Shown: one piece after another, positions 9,449-20,642 of the stretch | Layout: every line of letters starts with the position of its first letter | Position numbering within the stretch: the first letter of the stretch is position 1 | Position numbers and translations under genes: made by a program | The notes under the pieces: model-generated | Seen by the model: the letters and a program-made list of their open reading frames with translations, nothing else | What the model was told of the DNA's origin: nothing | The model's database searches: none | IMG/VR virus record: IMGVR_UViG_3300035199_001057 | Location: 25,131 to 89,130 of that record | Source of the DNA: a virus | Length of the DNA: 64,000 nt | Reading direction: 5' to 3' (one strand)

Positions 9449-12400
9449 TTACTCGGAGGGAGCGTCGCTAGGTGGTGTTTCAGTGGTCGCTGGGTCGCCG
9501 CTTGGTGCTTGATCAATAAGCGGACCATATTTAATAAAGGATCCCTGTTCGTCAACCTCATCGTTACAGACAATGGGCTCTTCAATGGGCGTATCTGCCG
9601 CCGATGAAAAATTTGAAGTCCTTCCATGAAGCAACTTGGCTGCCACACCGATGGGGGTGAGTGGCCCGATACCAAAATTCCATGGCCATGGGGTTTTCCA
9701 TGTCGGATCAACAGTACTGGCGAGTGCGCCCAAGAATGCTTTAAGGATTGTTATCCCTAGCGACCCAAAATCAAAACCGCCCATGGGGGCGCCAGAGGGT
9801 CCGTTAACCGCATTGGCAGAAGATGTCCGCTGATAATCTCCTTGGGCGACAGCGATAGCTGTTAACAGCGTCTCTGCTGACATCGAAATGGTGCCATTGA
9901 AATTATTTTCCAATTGGGGGTAATATCTTTCTGCCAAAAGCTTATGAATAAGCGTAATCATGGTGCCCTGTTCTCTGATGAAAAAGCTTTGCATCAATTC
10001 TCGGAAGGCAGCTTGTGTTGGGGCATGCGGGTCCGATGCGGTTTTGGGCGTCGACTCTATGGTTTTTCCGACATAGGAATGGGGTGGGATGGCCATGTTA
10101 GCAAATTTGGCCATTATCGTGTTAATATCTTTTTTGGGTTCTTGTTCGGGGACACCAGGCGGTGGCGGTGGTGGGAACAAGACGTCAACCAAGGCGGCGT
10201 AATCGGCGTAAACTAAGGCGTTTTGCTCGTAAGGGAAAGGGCGATCAGTCCCTAGCATATCGAGAAGTTCCCCTTGTTTTTGAGAATTCCCATAGGTGCC
10301 CACATAATCATTGCCCGTGTCATCAAATTTGTACCACCCGGACAGCGCGCCGGCGCTGGTGGCGGTGCCCGCCATTGAGCTACGAAAGGCTGCGTAAGTG
10401 ATATCGACCCATTCAGGTGTCCCCTGAATATCGCCCTTTGTGCCCAACTTGTAAAGATCCTTGGCCTTTTCCACCTGTTGTAATTGCCACAAAAACATCT
10501 GTAAGATAAAGGTGTCGCGCCAGCCGCCGCTCTCTGCGCTTTCCGCAACCTCAAATCCGGGCTCCGCAAAGTCGTAGTTGGGGTTCCACGGAAAGCGGCC
10601 TGTGCCTGTCCACACCTTCTTGTTTTTGTAAGTCCCTATTACACTTTTATTGCTCGCTTCGCGCGCGATAAACTCCTCGCGTTGTTGGATCCACAGCTTG
10701 AGATCGGGGCTACCGTTTTCGCGAAAATCGTTTAGGATTCTCGTCGCGAGGGGTAGCTCGCCTTCCGTATGACCATGAATGACCTTGTCGGCCACCTCTA
10801 AATTAAAAATGGTGGGCGCCAATGTGTTGCGGTACGCCTCATCGAAAGAAGCTCGTGCTTCGTCAGCATTTTTAAAGCACGCCATCCCAGACTGTTGCCA
10901 GTTGACATGATCGCCTGAGTAATTCTTGGTGGTGGCGTCGTTGTAATGGTCTCCAGGTACAAATTCATCAGTCTGAAAGGGGGATCCCATGGCATAATCG
11001 GCCCCAGGAAACCAGAATCCGCCGCCTTTTTTATTAGTTCCAGGTAACTTAAACAGAAACGGGTCGCCGGAGTCGTGCCACTGCGCCTTTTCAATAAGAT
11101 TGGTGAAGTGGTCATACCAAAGGCGGTTAAAACCGCCGCGAAAACCTTTTTTGTCCGTTCCCCAATTATAGAAGGCCGGGGAACCTCCTGCGCCCCAATA
11201 ATAAGGGCTTGCGTTATCTTTTAGCCAGTTCGCGCGCGTGCCCCATACCGCCACCGGCTGGCCTTTTTTGCCTTCGGAATCGGTGGGAGTGTACGTACCG
11301 ACCCTGATCCTGTAGGTGAACAAGGAGTGTGTCTGGCCGGTGGCGCCGGCGGGAAACACTTCAGACTTGGTAATTGTATTCGCCGCCTCGATATAAGAAG
11401 TCTCATTAAACTGCGTAATGACTGGGGTTGTCCACCTCTTCACAGTGTTTCGAAACGCGCGGCCGCGGAGCCCCAACCCGTGCAAACCAGCAGCGTCTTC
11501 GTCCACATCATAAGCAAGGGCCGGCCACTCCCACGAGGAGTTTACCGCACTGTGCTCCGTATAAGCGTTCTTGAGAGCATCATATTCTTCCTTCTTTATA
11601 ACGTCGGCGCCAAGCACCCCGACTCCTGGTTTGAAGAAGTCATCAAAAGTGTATAACCGGTTCTCCGCCAACGTGCCAAGGTCGGTCACTCGATGATGAA
11701 CCTTATACATTGATTCAAACCATGTTAAGGAATTCCATTCCGGGGCGGCTGAAAACTCAGATGAGTAAATAGGTAGCCTTACGTAACGATGTGGAGACTC
11801 TGCCCCCTGGTCATCGAAAAAGTCGACTTTGCCTATTTTTTCTTTGAGCATCGTGTCCACCAGGCCCGGGGAGGCTGTTGGAACGTTCCCTATATCGCTG
11901 ATACCATCGGATCCCAGTAGGCTCTCATCAAAGGCGTCTTGTATGCCCGGGCGATCCACTTCCGAAACATATTGTACGAGGCGCGCGCCAAAGTCCAAAG
12001 TGAGGATTTCATCGAGAGGCAGCGTAAAAAACCATCCCAAAAAAGTTTTACCTTTGTGGGTTATAGCCTCATCGTTACCCGTCACCGCAAGACGCGCGTC
12101 CAGTTTTGTTCTCTCCTCAAGACTGAGGTTTTTATACCACCCGTGATTATTGGTGAGCCAAAAATCGCTGTTGCGGGTCCCGCCGCCTGGTAGCCATTTA
12201 AGAATCGACGTCATCATCGCATTCACGCCGCCGGCGGTGCCCATCGAATCGAGATAGGTTTCCCCTCGTGGCCAGGATTTCCAAAAAACGTCCGACGATA
12301 AATTAAAGTCTTTGTGATAATGTTCCTCATATTGCCACCATTCTGGCTCAAGATCCGCGATAGTGTCGATCGGGGAGCGAAATTGAGACACCATGTCCCG

Positions 12401-15400
12401 AAATGCAGAAACGGGAATTTTGCCCGTCATACCCCAGTCCAAAAATGGGAATTCCTGTATCAGGTCCAATTTCTCGGCCACCGTGAAGCTATCATCAAAA
12501 TTGTACCTAAATAAACGCCACAGCACGGATTTATGGCGATATTTCTTTCGCCGGTCGTAATTGTCTATGCGGTGGTCATTGGCCTGATGGACTGTCAGAC
12601 CCGCGCTCTCGGAATTCACCATCGTGCCGGCGGCGTGGCCAATGGCAACGGCTATTCCAGGGTTTCTTAGGGCCGGCATAATCTGTGGGAAGAGCATTAT
12701 CAACTTGGTATCAAAAAGAAAAAAGGCTAAGGTGGCTTGATCTATGACCAGCTGCGCCTCCCATAGGGCGAACATCAGCTGCATATTCTTTATCATGTCC
12801 TCGCTTCCTGAAAGCTTCTCGTAAAAGCGACTATTGTAATCTATTTCCACAAATTGTTCAGCGACGAAGCCAGAGTTTACCCCATCTAAAACTTCTAATA
12901 AATTATTGGTGCTGGTGAGGGCGGGAGCCGCGGCATTAAAATCTAGATTCGTTATTGGGGTGGTATGAGAATATTGAAAAGTAAATTGCCCAGTTGGTAT
13001 TGCGTCCAGGCCGACACCGGGGGACTGAGGGGCTTTAAATTTAATGGGTACCCACAAGACGTCTTCGCCCTGGTGGGCGCCGTCCAGAGTATCTATGTAG
13101 CGGTTAAGCTCAAAGTTGGTAAGTACGCGTACCTGATCCGCGTAATCAACTGCGTTGGCGCCCTCTAGCTGCCCCAGGTACTTGTCGGCCGTGGCCACAC
13201 CTTCTCCAACTTTCACCTGTTGGATCAATTTAGGACTAAAATACCCCTCTAGTTCTTGAAGCTCGTGCGGCAGTGCGCTAAATAAAACCTTTTTGACAAA
13301 ACTGACTTGGTCACTTACAATAATATTGAAGGCTTCGCTGCCTGTCATAGTCTCATCTTGGTATAAAATTCTCATCATTCCAGTGATAAATTCTTCTATC
13401 ACCTCGGTATAAAACGTCTCAAAAGATCCCCCTCCCATCACAGCAAATTGCTTTTTAAGCGCTCTTTCGATCTCTTCATCCAGGAAAGCGCCGAAGAACG
13501 GCTGAGGGGGATTGTCCTCTATCCCTTCGGTGGGGGACCACTCGTAGGAGTATAAATCATCTAGCGACGCAAATCCAAAAACAAAAAGACTTTTCATCAT
13601 TTCTTTTACCACAATTGCGCGGATCACGCAATCGAGGGCAATTTTAATATAGGCCACGTTGGTGGCGCTTTTGGTGACCGACATCGGCGAATAACAGTTC
13701 AAAGTCTCCGTCAGCTTTTGAACTTGGGAATTGAGGACGCGCTTATTGAAAAACCCTAAGAAGCACTCCCCTGTTTGGGACGCGCCCGTGGGCAAATGTT
13801 TTGTCAGACGGAGTTTGTCAAACATGTCAGCGACGCCTCCCGTTGTGCCCCCCATCTGCTCTTTACCGGCGCTGCCCCCATCTAGATATAAACCGTTTCG
13901 ACCGGTTGCCTGGAGAAGGCCTCCGAACATCTCGTTTAAAGCAAGAAGAAAAAGGTCGTTTTCTATGAGGAAACTTTCCATTGCGGTCTGAAGTGCTTCG
14001 TTTTGATAGAACTTCATTCCATTATACTTCGCATATTTTTCCATTACCTTGGGGATAACCGGTGGTTTTTCGGCTGCGTAAGCATATAAAGTTGGATCGG
14101 TTACAATGTCCATCGTGATGGCGTTTTCATCGGTGGATTTGACAGTTAAAAGAATGTTCGCGGTCTGGCCCGCAGGTGCCCACAGTTCCATCTCATCTTT
14201 GGCCTCGACGGTCGCGGCTTCTGTCTCCGCGGCATTGGTCGCGGCTTCCGCTTGTGTTGGCGCTTTTGTTTGAAGCTTCGCGCATCTCACATTAAGGACG
14301 GCCGTGGACTGGGCGAAGCGGCGCATGTAGTGGATAAAGTCCCAAGCCTTGTCCTTCGCCTTCTTCTTTGAGTATTTCGGTTTCGTGCTGTAGATCAGGT
14401 TGCCGTCCTCATCCGTAGCCTCATGGGTCACCTTCATGTCTCCATAAAGAGTGGCCAAATTATCCCTTACCTCGTCTTCAAACCCTGTAACTGCCGCTTT
14501 AAGCGCTTCAAACTCAAGAAGTGACATATCCGGGCAGTCGCTCACATGAGTGGTCCAGCTATCCGGTTTTCCGGCTTCGTACCAGTCAAAGCATGTTTTA
14601 TCCGTATATGCGCTGCTTGGCGTCCATGGGGTTTTAGCCTTGAGAGCATAATATTGTATTAGTTTTTGGAAGCGGGGATCGGCCATTACTCCGCTTTCCT
14701 CGTTTTCAAGAGCTTTTATCTCGTTATAAAATTTAGTGTTAGCATTTAGTGCATCTTCCCACTTTATATATTCCTGCGCTAGTTTTTCAAGATCATCATA
14801 TTCTTCCGCGGTCATATCAGGGCAGGCTGCGTTACCGCCGGAGCCTTTGCCCGCCTTGATCCAGTAAACGCAATCGTCCGCGTCAAGTTTTTGGATTTGT
14901 GTGTGAGCCTCAAAGCTTCCCTCTGGTGGTTCTGTTTCATCCGGCGTCACAAAGGTATACCCTTGTATCAAGTCTAGCCAGGTAGGAGCCAGCATTGCGC
15001 TGCCAGACAAGATGAGGCCGGCCATTCCGGGCGGTAGCACTGGGCCTGGAATTGTCATTAGCTGGCCTGAATAGAGAAATGTAAGCTTTTTCTTGATCCT
15101 GGGGATAAAGTAATCTTCGTAGCCGGCAATAATTTCATCTGGGTCAAAATAAAAGGAGATCATGTCATCGCCAAGCTTGGTGAAATATGAGTTGTCGGTG
15201 GTTTCTCCCGCGGATTCAACTGCCTGCGCGATGGCTTCCATAACCTCAACTGCAGCGTACCCCGAGTCTGTTTGTTTGGCACGTTTTTTAACCTCATCCC
15301 AGGCGTCGATTGGAACACCATCCTCGTCTTTGTCTTTCCCGTAGGTGGCCGCGGAGATTGGTGGAAAAAGCGGTAAGAAGGATCCGTCTGCGGTTGGTCT

Positions 15401-18400
15401 CACCGCATTGTATGTGTTCCGATAAATTGTTTTTACGCGGCCGACTTCTGTTTCAAATATATCCTCCACTCCACCAAAAATAGCATTGGCTGCCTGCTCG
15501 CTCGCAAATCTTTGAGATTCATGGTAAGGGTCGATTTTGGTTCCGCTCGGCTTTTCGCCCGGACCGCAAAGCTGCGCCGGCGTCATCGGGCCGCCAAGAA
15601 CATCGCCCACGCTATCGAGTGCCTTAGCTAAGAGACTCTTGCGGTTGGCCGCGGCGGCGGCCATGGCATTACGCAATTCTTCGGGGGACATAAAGTCCGA
15701 AAGCTCAAGCGCTTTGATATCCTCGTTCGTTCCACCGCAAATATTCAAAAGAATTCTCTTTTGGCGCTCAAAATTATTTCGGGCGGCGACAAAAAACTCA
15801 GGATCGATATCAGCTGCGATGATTCTTAAAAACTCGCGGATGCCATTTTGATTTACGTAAAAATCATAAAACTGGGTATTGTGAAGATAGGGAAGCGATT
15901 GGAGAAAGAGTAGAAAGATTTCATATAACTCGTCCGGTGCGGTTTCCTCCATGAGAGAGCACATTTGATTAATAGTAAACGCGCTAGAGATATCTCCTAG
16001 AAGCTTCTCGTAGTCTTCCAGGGAAAGCCCAGTCCTACTCGATACAGTAGCAAAACTGTTGCTCTCGCGTATGGTCGCTTCAGCTTGACTGTCAATGATA
16101 AACGCGCTTAAATCAATTTGGCCCAGTGGGGAATACGGAGCATTAGTCTTTTCGGAATCACTACAAAGCCTCATTAAGGCTTTTATAATAAGCCAAATTG
16201 CTGAGATGATTAGATCACGGGCTAGATTGATGCCCATTTGGATAAGCGCTTCTTTGAACGCTTTCATAATATCCGCTACAGGGTATTCGGTGGTTAAAAA
16301 GATTTCAACGCGTTTTTCGAAGGCTTGCGCGATGGCCTGAGTGTCTTTCTGAAGCGCTTTTTCAACTTCGTCGGCGTGGGTAAACAGATAATAAAGTGCG
16401 TAGATTGCAGCGGGGATGATCGCGAAGACTGCCGCGCAGATCAGCAACCCGTCGTTGGGGTCGTTGAAAAGATCATCTAGCTCCTTCTCGGCCGCCGTGA
16501 TTGAGCGTGCTTTAAAGCCGTCGGTGACGTGATTTGTCTCCAGTTCGTCGATACGAAGCAATATCGCTTCTAATATCGGTAACATATTGTTTTTAAACTG
16601 TTTTCGCTTCTGGGCGATAGGAGTGTCGCTAAGGGAATACACATATTCGATGCCCAGGCCCGGTTCAGCTTTCGACATCGGCGCTTTGAGCTTGGCCTGC
16701 AGCTTCGCGGCTGCGGCGCCGCCAAGGGCGCCGGGCAGGATTGCGGAACCAAGACCCGGAGCTAGGCTCTCGTGGATACTCTTAAGGGCCGCATCGGTGG
16801 CTCCGCCGGTGAGGCCAAAGTCTGGATCCAGATCAACAAAATTATACGGCCACGCATCTTGGAGTTGTATTTGGATAAAAGGATCCAAAGCTACAAGATT
16901 TTTAATGAGGCCGTTTTTTGGGTCTAATAGATATTCATAAAGTTCAATCTGCGTGCTTAGCGCGTCTTGCGTTTTGGTCAACGATTTAAGCTTCTCCTTG
17001 ATCTCTTTCATCTCGCACAGCAAGCCCGTGCACTTGCCGTCGGTGATGCTGCCCCTTAATTTTCTATCGCTCTGCGGGAATTTATCCTTTCCAAACAACT
17101 TCTCTCGTTCTTCTAGCTCGTCAAGGAGACCTTTGATTACCGCTTTTCGCTTTTCATGGGTGTTGATCTGGGTGTTTATATTGGCTTTAAGGAGCGCACC
17201 CGACTCGTCCTGGTCATTTGCGGCCGCCTGGCGCTTTTTTAGCGCTAACTGTTCATTCATCTCCGAAATGAAGGTTTTCATTTTGTTTTTTTTGCGCCAC
17301 GTATCAAGCTTGGGGACATCTGACATCATTTTGGAAAACGCTTTGAGACCGTTAGTTATTTGATCCTGAAGTGCTCCTTGGACTGTATCATCAATAGTCT
17401 CAAATATTAGTTCTAACCTAAGCGCGACGCGTTCTCCGGCTGGACCCGATGATGCCACAGCAGAGATAATATCGGCTTGATATTCTCGATACTTAATAAT
17501 AGCCTTTCTACAAAACTGCTTTTTTAACTCATCAAGGCCAAGCGCTTTTATCAAACACTGCGCAGCCACTCGCACCAACTCTGGTACAGGTACGTGATTT
17601 AATAGGGACTTGAAAAAATCGTCTGTGTTGTTGATTTTCTCAAACTTTCCTTGGACGAACGCTGATCCCATTTGGTCGCCGATGTGTTCGTAGGCCTTTG
17701 CGACTTCCGATTGCGCGTTTTGACGAGCAGTTTCCTTAATCATTGCGCGCGATGGCCTGGACTGCTTATAAAAGTTCTCGTCTAGCATTCGAACGTCGCT
17801 AATAATGAAACTTTCGATGATATCGCGCGTTAACCCAAAATCAACGATGGTTGGGCCGGGCCACATGTATTTTCGCAAGAAGCCTACAACGCCTTCTGTA
17901 ACAGACTCCTTACCGGTGCCGCCTGTGGAGAATCGATTGCCGGGGGGCAACAGCCCATACTTCGAATGAATTTCTTTTAAGTATGCGAACAAAGAATTAG
18001 TAGTTTGGTTAGCGAAGATGGGGTCATGTTTGAGTGACTTTTCGCGATTAATCTGTTCTAGCTCGGCGGTTGTAGGACTTACAATATACTTCTCGAATTT
18101 ATTTTTCAAGTTAAAAGGTTCAAAACCCTTGATGGGGGAGCGAGGATGGCGGTCAATCTGTGTCTTCCAGGTCTTCGTTTTAAAATCCATAAGTTCAAAT
18201 TGAGAATTAAATCTCATAGTCATTGTCGCCGACGCGTAGCCATCGGGATCATGGGTCTTTGACACGGCGTAGTTGCCCTGGGCCTCCTCAAATACAGGGA
18301 GTATGTCTATTTTGGCCTTCTTCAACAATTGTACCTGTAGCAGCAAGTCCATCGGTCGTTCGAAAGTCAGTTGATAGGCTTTAATGGCGTTATCGAGTTC

Positions 18401-19123
18401 TCCCAGTACCTGAATTGTCGTATCTATGTACGCTTCGAAATCAGGGCGCGTGTAGATAGCCTCATAATAATCTACTACCCCTTTCGGTGACTTTGGTACC
18501 TTAACCGGCTTTTTCGTAGACTTGCTTGCCTTGCCCGGGCCTGGTTTTCCAAAGGTGATGTCGGATTGTAACGTAGCGCTCGGTTTTGTATCTAGGCCGG
18601 CGTTGGCGTGTGTGTCGCCGGTATCTTTGGGAGGCGGGGGTTGGTTCAATGCCGCTTCACCTGCGGTGTGTTCTACTATCAAGGCGGGCACCCGGGACTG
18701 TATAAAAGCCGCCGCGTTGATATAAACATGGTATCGGATCTCGGTGGTCGACTTCTTTTGACTTTCGGCTATGTCGATTCGCGGATAAACGTTAATGGTA
18801 CCATCAAAGTTTGTGTATTGGTAGGTGCCACCAAGAAAGTTTGAGATGCTGTTGGTATTGGGCACGAGCCCTTGTTGTTGAAGAGCCTTGATGACATCTT
18901 CTCTGATGGCTGCGTTAATGGATGCTGTGGTCCCGGAAATCTTCGCGGTACCAAAGATCTCAAAGGGTACCGGTTTGGTGATCGTGTCCGTTTTCTCTAG
19001 CACGGAGAGTTCGCGCCACACCTGATTATAAAAAGGATAATTCTTGGCGAGGGACGCGGCTATAAAATCTTGGAATTTGGGCGCGTGCTTGTGTTTATAT
19101 AGTTTAATTGGGGGTAGTGCCAT
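9449..19123 (-). CDS. Giant 3224-aa hypothetical protein in the baseplate module, probably virion-associated
   Basis: Uninterrupted ORF between spike-like gene and gp25; helical/coiled-coil N half, two hydrophobic segments; no recognisable catalytic motif. Confidence 0.75.
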   Translation of the reverse strand: MALPPIKLYKHKHAPKFQDFIAASLAKNYPFYNQVWRELSVLEKTDTITKPVPFEIFGTAKISGTTASINAAIREDVIKALQQQGLVPNTNSISNFLGGTYQYTNFDGTINVYPRIDIAESQKKSTTEIRYHVYINAAAFIQSRVPALIVEHTAGEAALNQPPPPKDTGDTHANAGLDTKPSATLQSDITFGKPGPGKASKSTKKPVKVPKSPKGVVDYYEAIYTRPDFEAYIDTTIQVLGELDNAIKAYQLTFERPMDLLLQVQLLKKAKIDILPVFEEAQGNYAVSKTHDPDGYASATMTMRFNSQFELMDFKTKTWKTQIDRHPRSPIKGFEPFNLKNKFEKYIVSPTTAELEQINREKSLKHDPIFANQTTNSLFAYLKEIHSKYGLLPPGNRFSTGGTGKESVTEGVVGFLRKYMWPGPTIVDFGLTRDIIESFIISDVRMLDENFYKQSRPSRAMIKETARQNAQSEVAKAYEHIGDQMGSAFVQGKFEKINNTDDFFKSLLNHVPVPELVRVAAQCLIKALGLDELKKQFCRKAIIKYREYQADIISAVASSGPAGERVALRLELIFETIDDTVQGALQDQITNGLKAFSKMMSDVPKLDTWRKKNKMKTFISEMNEQLALKKRQAAANDQDESGALLKANINTQINTHEKRKAVIKGLLDELEEREKLFGKDKFPQSDRKLRGSITDGKCTGLLCEMKEIKEKLKSLTKTQDALSTQIELYEYLLDPKNGLIKNLVALDPFIQIQLQDAWPYNFVDLDPDFGLTGGATDAALKSIHESLAPGLGSAILPGALGGAAAAKLQAKLKAPMSKAEPGLGIEYVYSLSDTPIAQKRKQFKNNMLPILEAILLRIDELETNHVTDGFKARSITAAEKELDDLFNDPNDGLLICAAVFAIIPAAIYALYYLFTHADEVEKALQKDTQAIAQAFEKRVEIFLTTEYPVADIMKAFKEALIQMGINLARDLIISAIWLIIKALMRLCSDSEKTNAPYSPLGQIDLSAFIIDSQAEATIRESNSFATVSSRTGLSLEDYEKLLGDISSAFTINQMCSLMEETAPDELYEIFLLFLQSLPYLHNTQFYDFYVNQNGIREFLRIIAADIDPEFFVAARNNFERQKRILLNICGGTNEDIKALELSDFMSPEELRNAMAAAAANRKSLLAKALDSVGDVLGGPMTPAQLCGPGEKPSGTKIDPYHESQRFASEQAANAIFGGVEDIFETEVGRVKTIYRNTYNAVRPTADGSFLPLFPPISAATYGKDKDEDGVPIDAWDEVKKRAKQTDSGYAAVEVMEAIAQAVESAGETTDNSYFTKLGDDMISFYFDPDEIIAGYEDYFIPRIKKKLTFLYSGQLMTIPGPVLPPGMAGLILSGSAMLAPTWLDLIQGYTFVTPDETEPPEGSFEAHTQIQKLDADDCVYWIKAGKGSGGNAACPDMTAEEYDDLEKLAQEYIKWEDALNANTKFYNEIKALENEESGVMADPRFQKLIQYYALKAKTPWTPSSAYTDKTCFDWYEAGKPDSWTTHVSDCPDMSLLEFEALKAAVTGFEDEVRDNLATLYGDMKVTHEATDEDGNLIYSTKPKYSKKKAKDKAWDFIHYMRRFAQSTAVLNVRCAKLQTKAPTQAEAATNAAETEAATVEAKDEMELWAPAGQTANILLTVKSTDENAITMDIVTDPTLYAYAAEKPPVIPKVMEKYAKYNGMKFYQNEALQTAMESFLIENDLFLLALNEMFGGLLQATGRNGLYLDGGSAGKEQMGGTTGGVADMFDKLRLTKHLPTGASQTGECFLGFFNKRVLNSQVQKLTETLNCYSPMSVTKSATNVAYIKIALDCVIRAIVVKEMMKSLFVFGFASLDDLYSYEWSPTEGIEDNPPQPFFGAFLDEEIERALKKQFAVMGGGSFETFYTEVIEEFITGMMRILYQDETMTGSEAFNIIVSDQVSFVKKVLFSALPHELQELEGYFSPKLIQQVKVGEGVATADKYLGQLEGANAVDYADQVRVLTNFELNRYIDTLDGAHQGEDVLWVPIKFKAPQSPGVGLDAIPTGQFTFQYSHTTPITNLDFNAAAPALTSTNNLLEVLDGVNSGFVAEQFVEIDYNSRFYEKLSGSEDMIKNMQLMFALWEAQLVIDQATLAFFLFDTKLIMLFPQIMPALRNPGIAVAIGHAAGTMVNSESAGLTVHQANDHRIDNYDRRKKYRHKSVLWRLFRYNFDDSFTVAEKLDLIQEFPFLDWGMTGKIPVSAFRDMVSQFRSPIDTIADLEPEWWQYEEHYHKDFNLSSDVFWKSWPRGETYLDSMGTAGGVNAMMTSILKWLPGGGTRNSDFWLTNNHGWYKNLSLEERTKLDARLAVTGNDEAITHKGKTFLGWFFTLPLDEILTLDFGARLVQYVSEVDRPGIQDAFDESLLGSDGISDIGNVPTASPGLVDTMLKEKIGKVDFFDDQGAESPHRYVRLPIYSSEFSAAPEWNSLTWFESMYKVHHRVTDLGTLAENRLYTFDDFFKPGVGVLGADVIKKEEYDALKNAYTEHSAVNSSWEWPALAYDVDEDAAGLHGLGLRGRAFRNTVKRWTTPVITQFNETSYIEAANTITKSEVFPAGATGQTHSLFTYRIRVGTYTPTDSEGKKGQPVAVWGTRANWLKDNASPYYWGAGGSPAFYNWGTDKKGFRGGFNRLWYDHFTNLIEKAQWHDSGDPFLFKLPGTNKKGGGFWFPGADYAMGSPFQTDEFVPGDHYNDATTKNYSGDHVNWQQSGMACFKNADEARASFDEAYRNTLAPTIFNLEVADKVIHGHTEGELPLATRILNDFRENGSPDLKLWIQQREEFIAREASNKSVIGTYKNKKVWTGTGRFPWNPNYDFAEPGFEVAESAESGGWRDTFILQMFLWQLQQVEKAKDLYKLGTKGDIQGTPEWVDITYAAFRSSMAGTATSAGALSGWYKFDDTGNDYVGTYGNSQKQGELLDMLGTDRPFPYEQNALVYADYAALVDVLFPPPPPPGVPEQEPKKDINTIMAKFANMAIPPHSYVGKTIESTPKTASDPHAPTQAAFRELMQSFFIREQGTMITLIHKLLAERYYPQLENNFNGTISMSAETLLTAIAVAQGDYQRTSSANAVNGPSGAPMGGFDFGSLGITILKAFLGALASTVDPTWKTPWPWNFGIGPLTPIGVAAKLLHGRTSNFSSAADTPIEEPIVCNDEVDEQGSFIKYGPLIDQAPSGDPATTETPPSDAPSE

Positions 19124-19139
19124 AAAATAATCTCAATTA

Positions 19140-20642
19140 TTAATTTGTTCTATTCTTTTCGCTAAGGATCGAATATGTGCCCCAATCCTGAAGGCCCATC
19201 ATATCATTGTTGATTCTATTAAATACCTGGCTAATGGAGCTTTGTAGTTGTACCAGACCCTCCAACAATGATTTGGTTCCGCCGGCTAAAACCTGATCGG
19301 AGGGCAGATTTTTACCCCCCATGACCCCAAGAGGTCCAGTGCCGCTCATCATCCCGCATAAAATCATAAAAGGATCATAATGCGTGTGAGCGGCAGTGGC
19401 AGCATTAAAGGCGGTCTGGCTAGTAATAAAACTGTGGGTAACAGATTGTAAGTCATCCACGGCCTTGGATAGCTGGGCCAGGTACTTTTTCAAATTGTTG
19501 CCCTTGACTAGGGGCTGTAGGTCCTTGTCGTTGTTGCCCGCGATCAATTCAATTCCGAATTTGCCCATGAGCGGTGCGTCGCGCGAGTTTGTCATATTTG
19601 TCCCGGTGATTAAGCGAATTCCCGATTCGCGGGCCATGATTACCACGTCGTCGGCTTTCATTGCGGCCAAGGATTGGCCCTTCCTTTTACCCGCGCGCTT
19701 TGCGTATTCTCCGCCGGCAATGCCTAAAAGAGATTTTGAATTTGCTTTCTGGGAGAGATATAAATAGGCAGCATCTTGTTTTAAATTATTGGGCGTGCGC
19801 AAGGCGGTGGGCACTCCGGCCAGGCTTGGCTCTTGCGTCTCCAGGCGCCCCTTCGCAGCGTCCGGACCGCTACGGCCGGCGTATAGATAACAGGCGCCGG
19901 CTTGCGTGTGGCCTTTAAAACGGTATTGTTCGTCACGGCTTAGTTGTAATCCAGAATTATTTTGACCTTTAAGTTCTTTATCTCCCGGATATAAGAGACC
20001 GTCTGGTACCGTTTCTTTGAGCGCGGCACCATTAATGCCATCGTAAGCGGCCTGCATTGAAGAAGGAAGGCCGTCTATCATTTGGCGCTCCTGTGGGGCC
20101 AAGCGTTGGAGTTGTACCGGTTTGCGATTTCTACTGGTTTGTTTTCGCCCAGGTGTCGTCGATACCTGGAGGGCTGCGGGGGCATTTGGGTTCTGCGCTG
20201 GTTTTGACTTGGTTTTTTGTTCTTTTTCATAATCTGCTACGTCGAGCGCTAGTTGTGCATCAAGCTCCGCCTTGAGGTTCTTCATGGCTTCGATAGAGGC
20301 GTTTATCAACATTTGGCTTTCGGCATCAAGTGGTTCAAACTTATTAGCATAGTATTGATTCATTAATTCGGGTGCGTTAAGCAGCGCATAATTTTGATTC
20401 AACGTCCAGGTAATGAACTGTTCCTTGAAAAGCTTTTTCCCTGACGGGCCAGAGAAAAAACTAGGTATGATCTTTTCGCCGCTTCCATAGACTTCGGACA
20501 TAAGGTTGGTGAACTTGGTGCGGTCATCAGGAAGGGTAAAATAGCGTTTAGTCTCTTTGACATAATCGCGGTTCATGTTAAAAGTCAGTTGGATTTTTTT
20601 CTGTCCAACTCGGGTCGCATGGCATGTTAATATTAAACTCAT
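19140..20642 (-). CDS. Baseplate spike / gp5 C-terminal-like protein
   Basis: DAAYLYLSQK...MKADDVVIMARESGIRLIT beta-strand repeats, QPLVKGNNL, and AAHTH (HxH as in spike tips). Confidence 0.55.
   Translation of the reverse strand: MSLILTCHATRVGQKKIQLTFNMNRDYVKETKRYFTLPDDRTKFTNLMSEVYGSGEKIIPSFFSGPSGKKLFKEQFITWTLNQNYALLNAPELMNQYYANKFEPLDAESQMLINASIEAMKNLKAELDAQLALDVADYEKEQKTKSKPAQNPNAPAALQVSTTPGRKQTSRNRKPVQLQRLAPQERQMIDGLPSSMQAAYDGINGAALKETVPDGLLYPGDKELKGQNNSGLQLSRDEQYRFKGHTQAGACYLYAGRSGPDAAKGRLETQEPSLAGVPTALRTPNNLKQDAAYLYLSQKANSKSLLGIAGGEYAKRAGKRKGQSLAAMKADDVVIMARESGIRLITGTNMTNSRDAPLMGKFGIELIAGNNDKDLQPLVKGNNLKKYLAQLSKAVDDLQSVTHSFITSQTAFNAATAAHTHYDPFMILCGMMSGTGPLGVMGGKNLPSDQVLAGGTKSLLEGLVQLQSSISQVFNRINNDMMGLQDWGTYSILSEKNRTN

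Noticed and set aside
9449-19123. Intein or intron explaining the giant ORF
   Set aside because: No intein splice-junction or homing endonuclease motifs were recognised.
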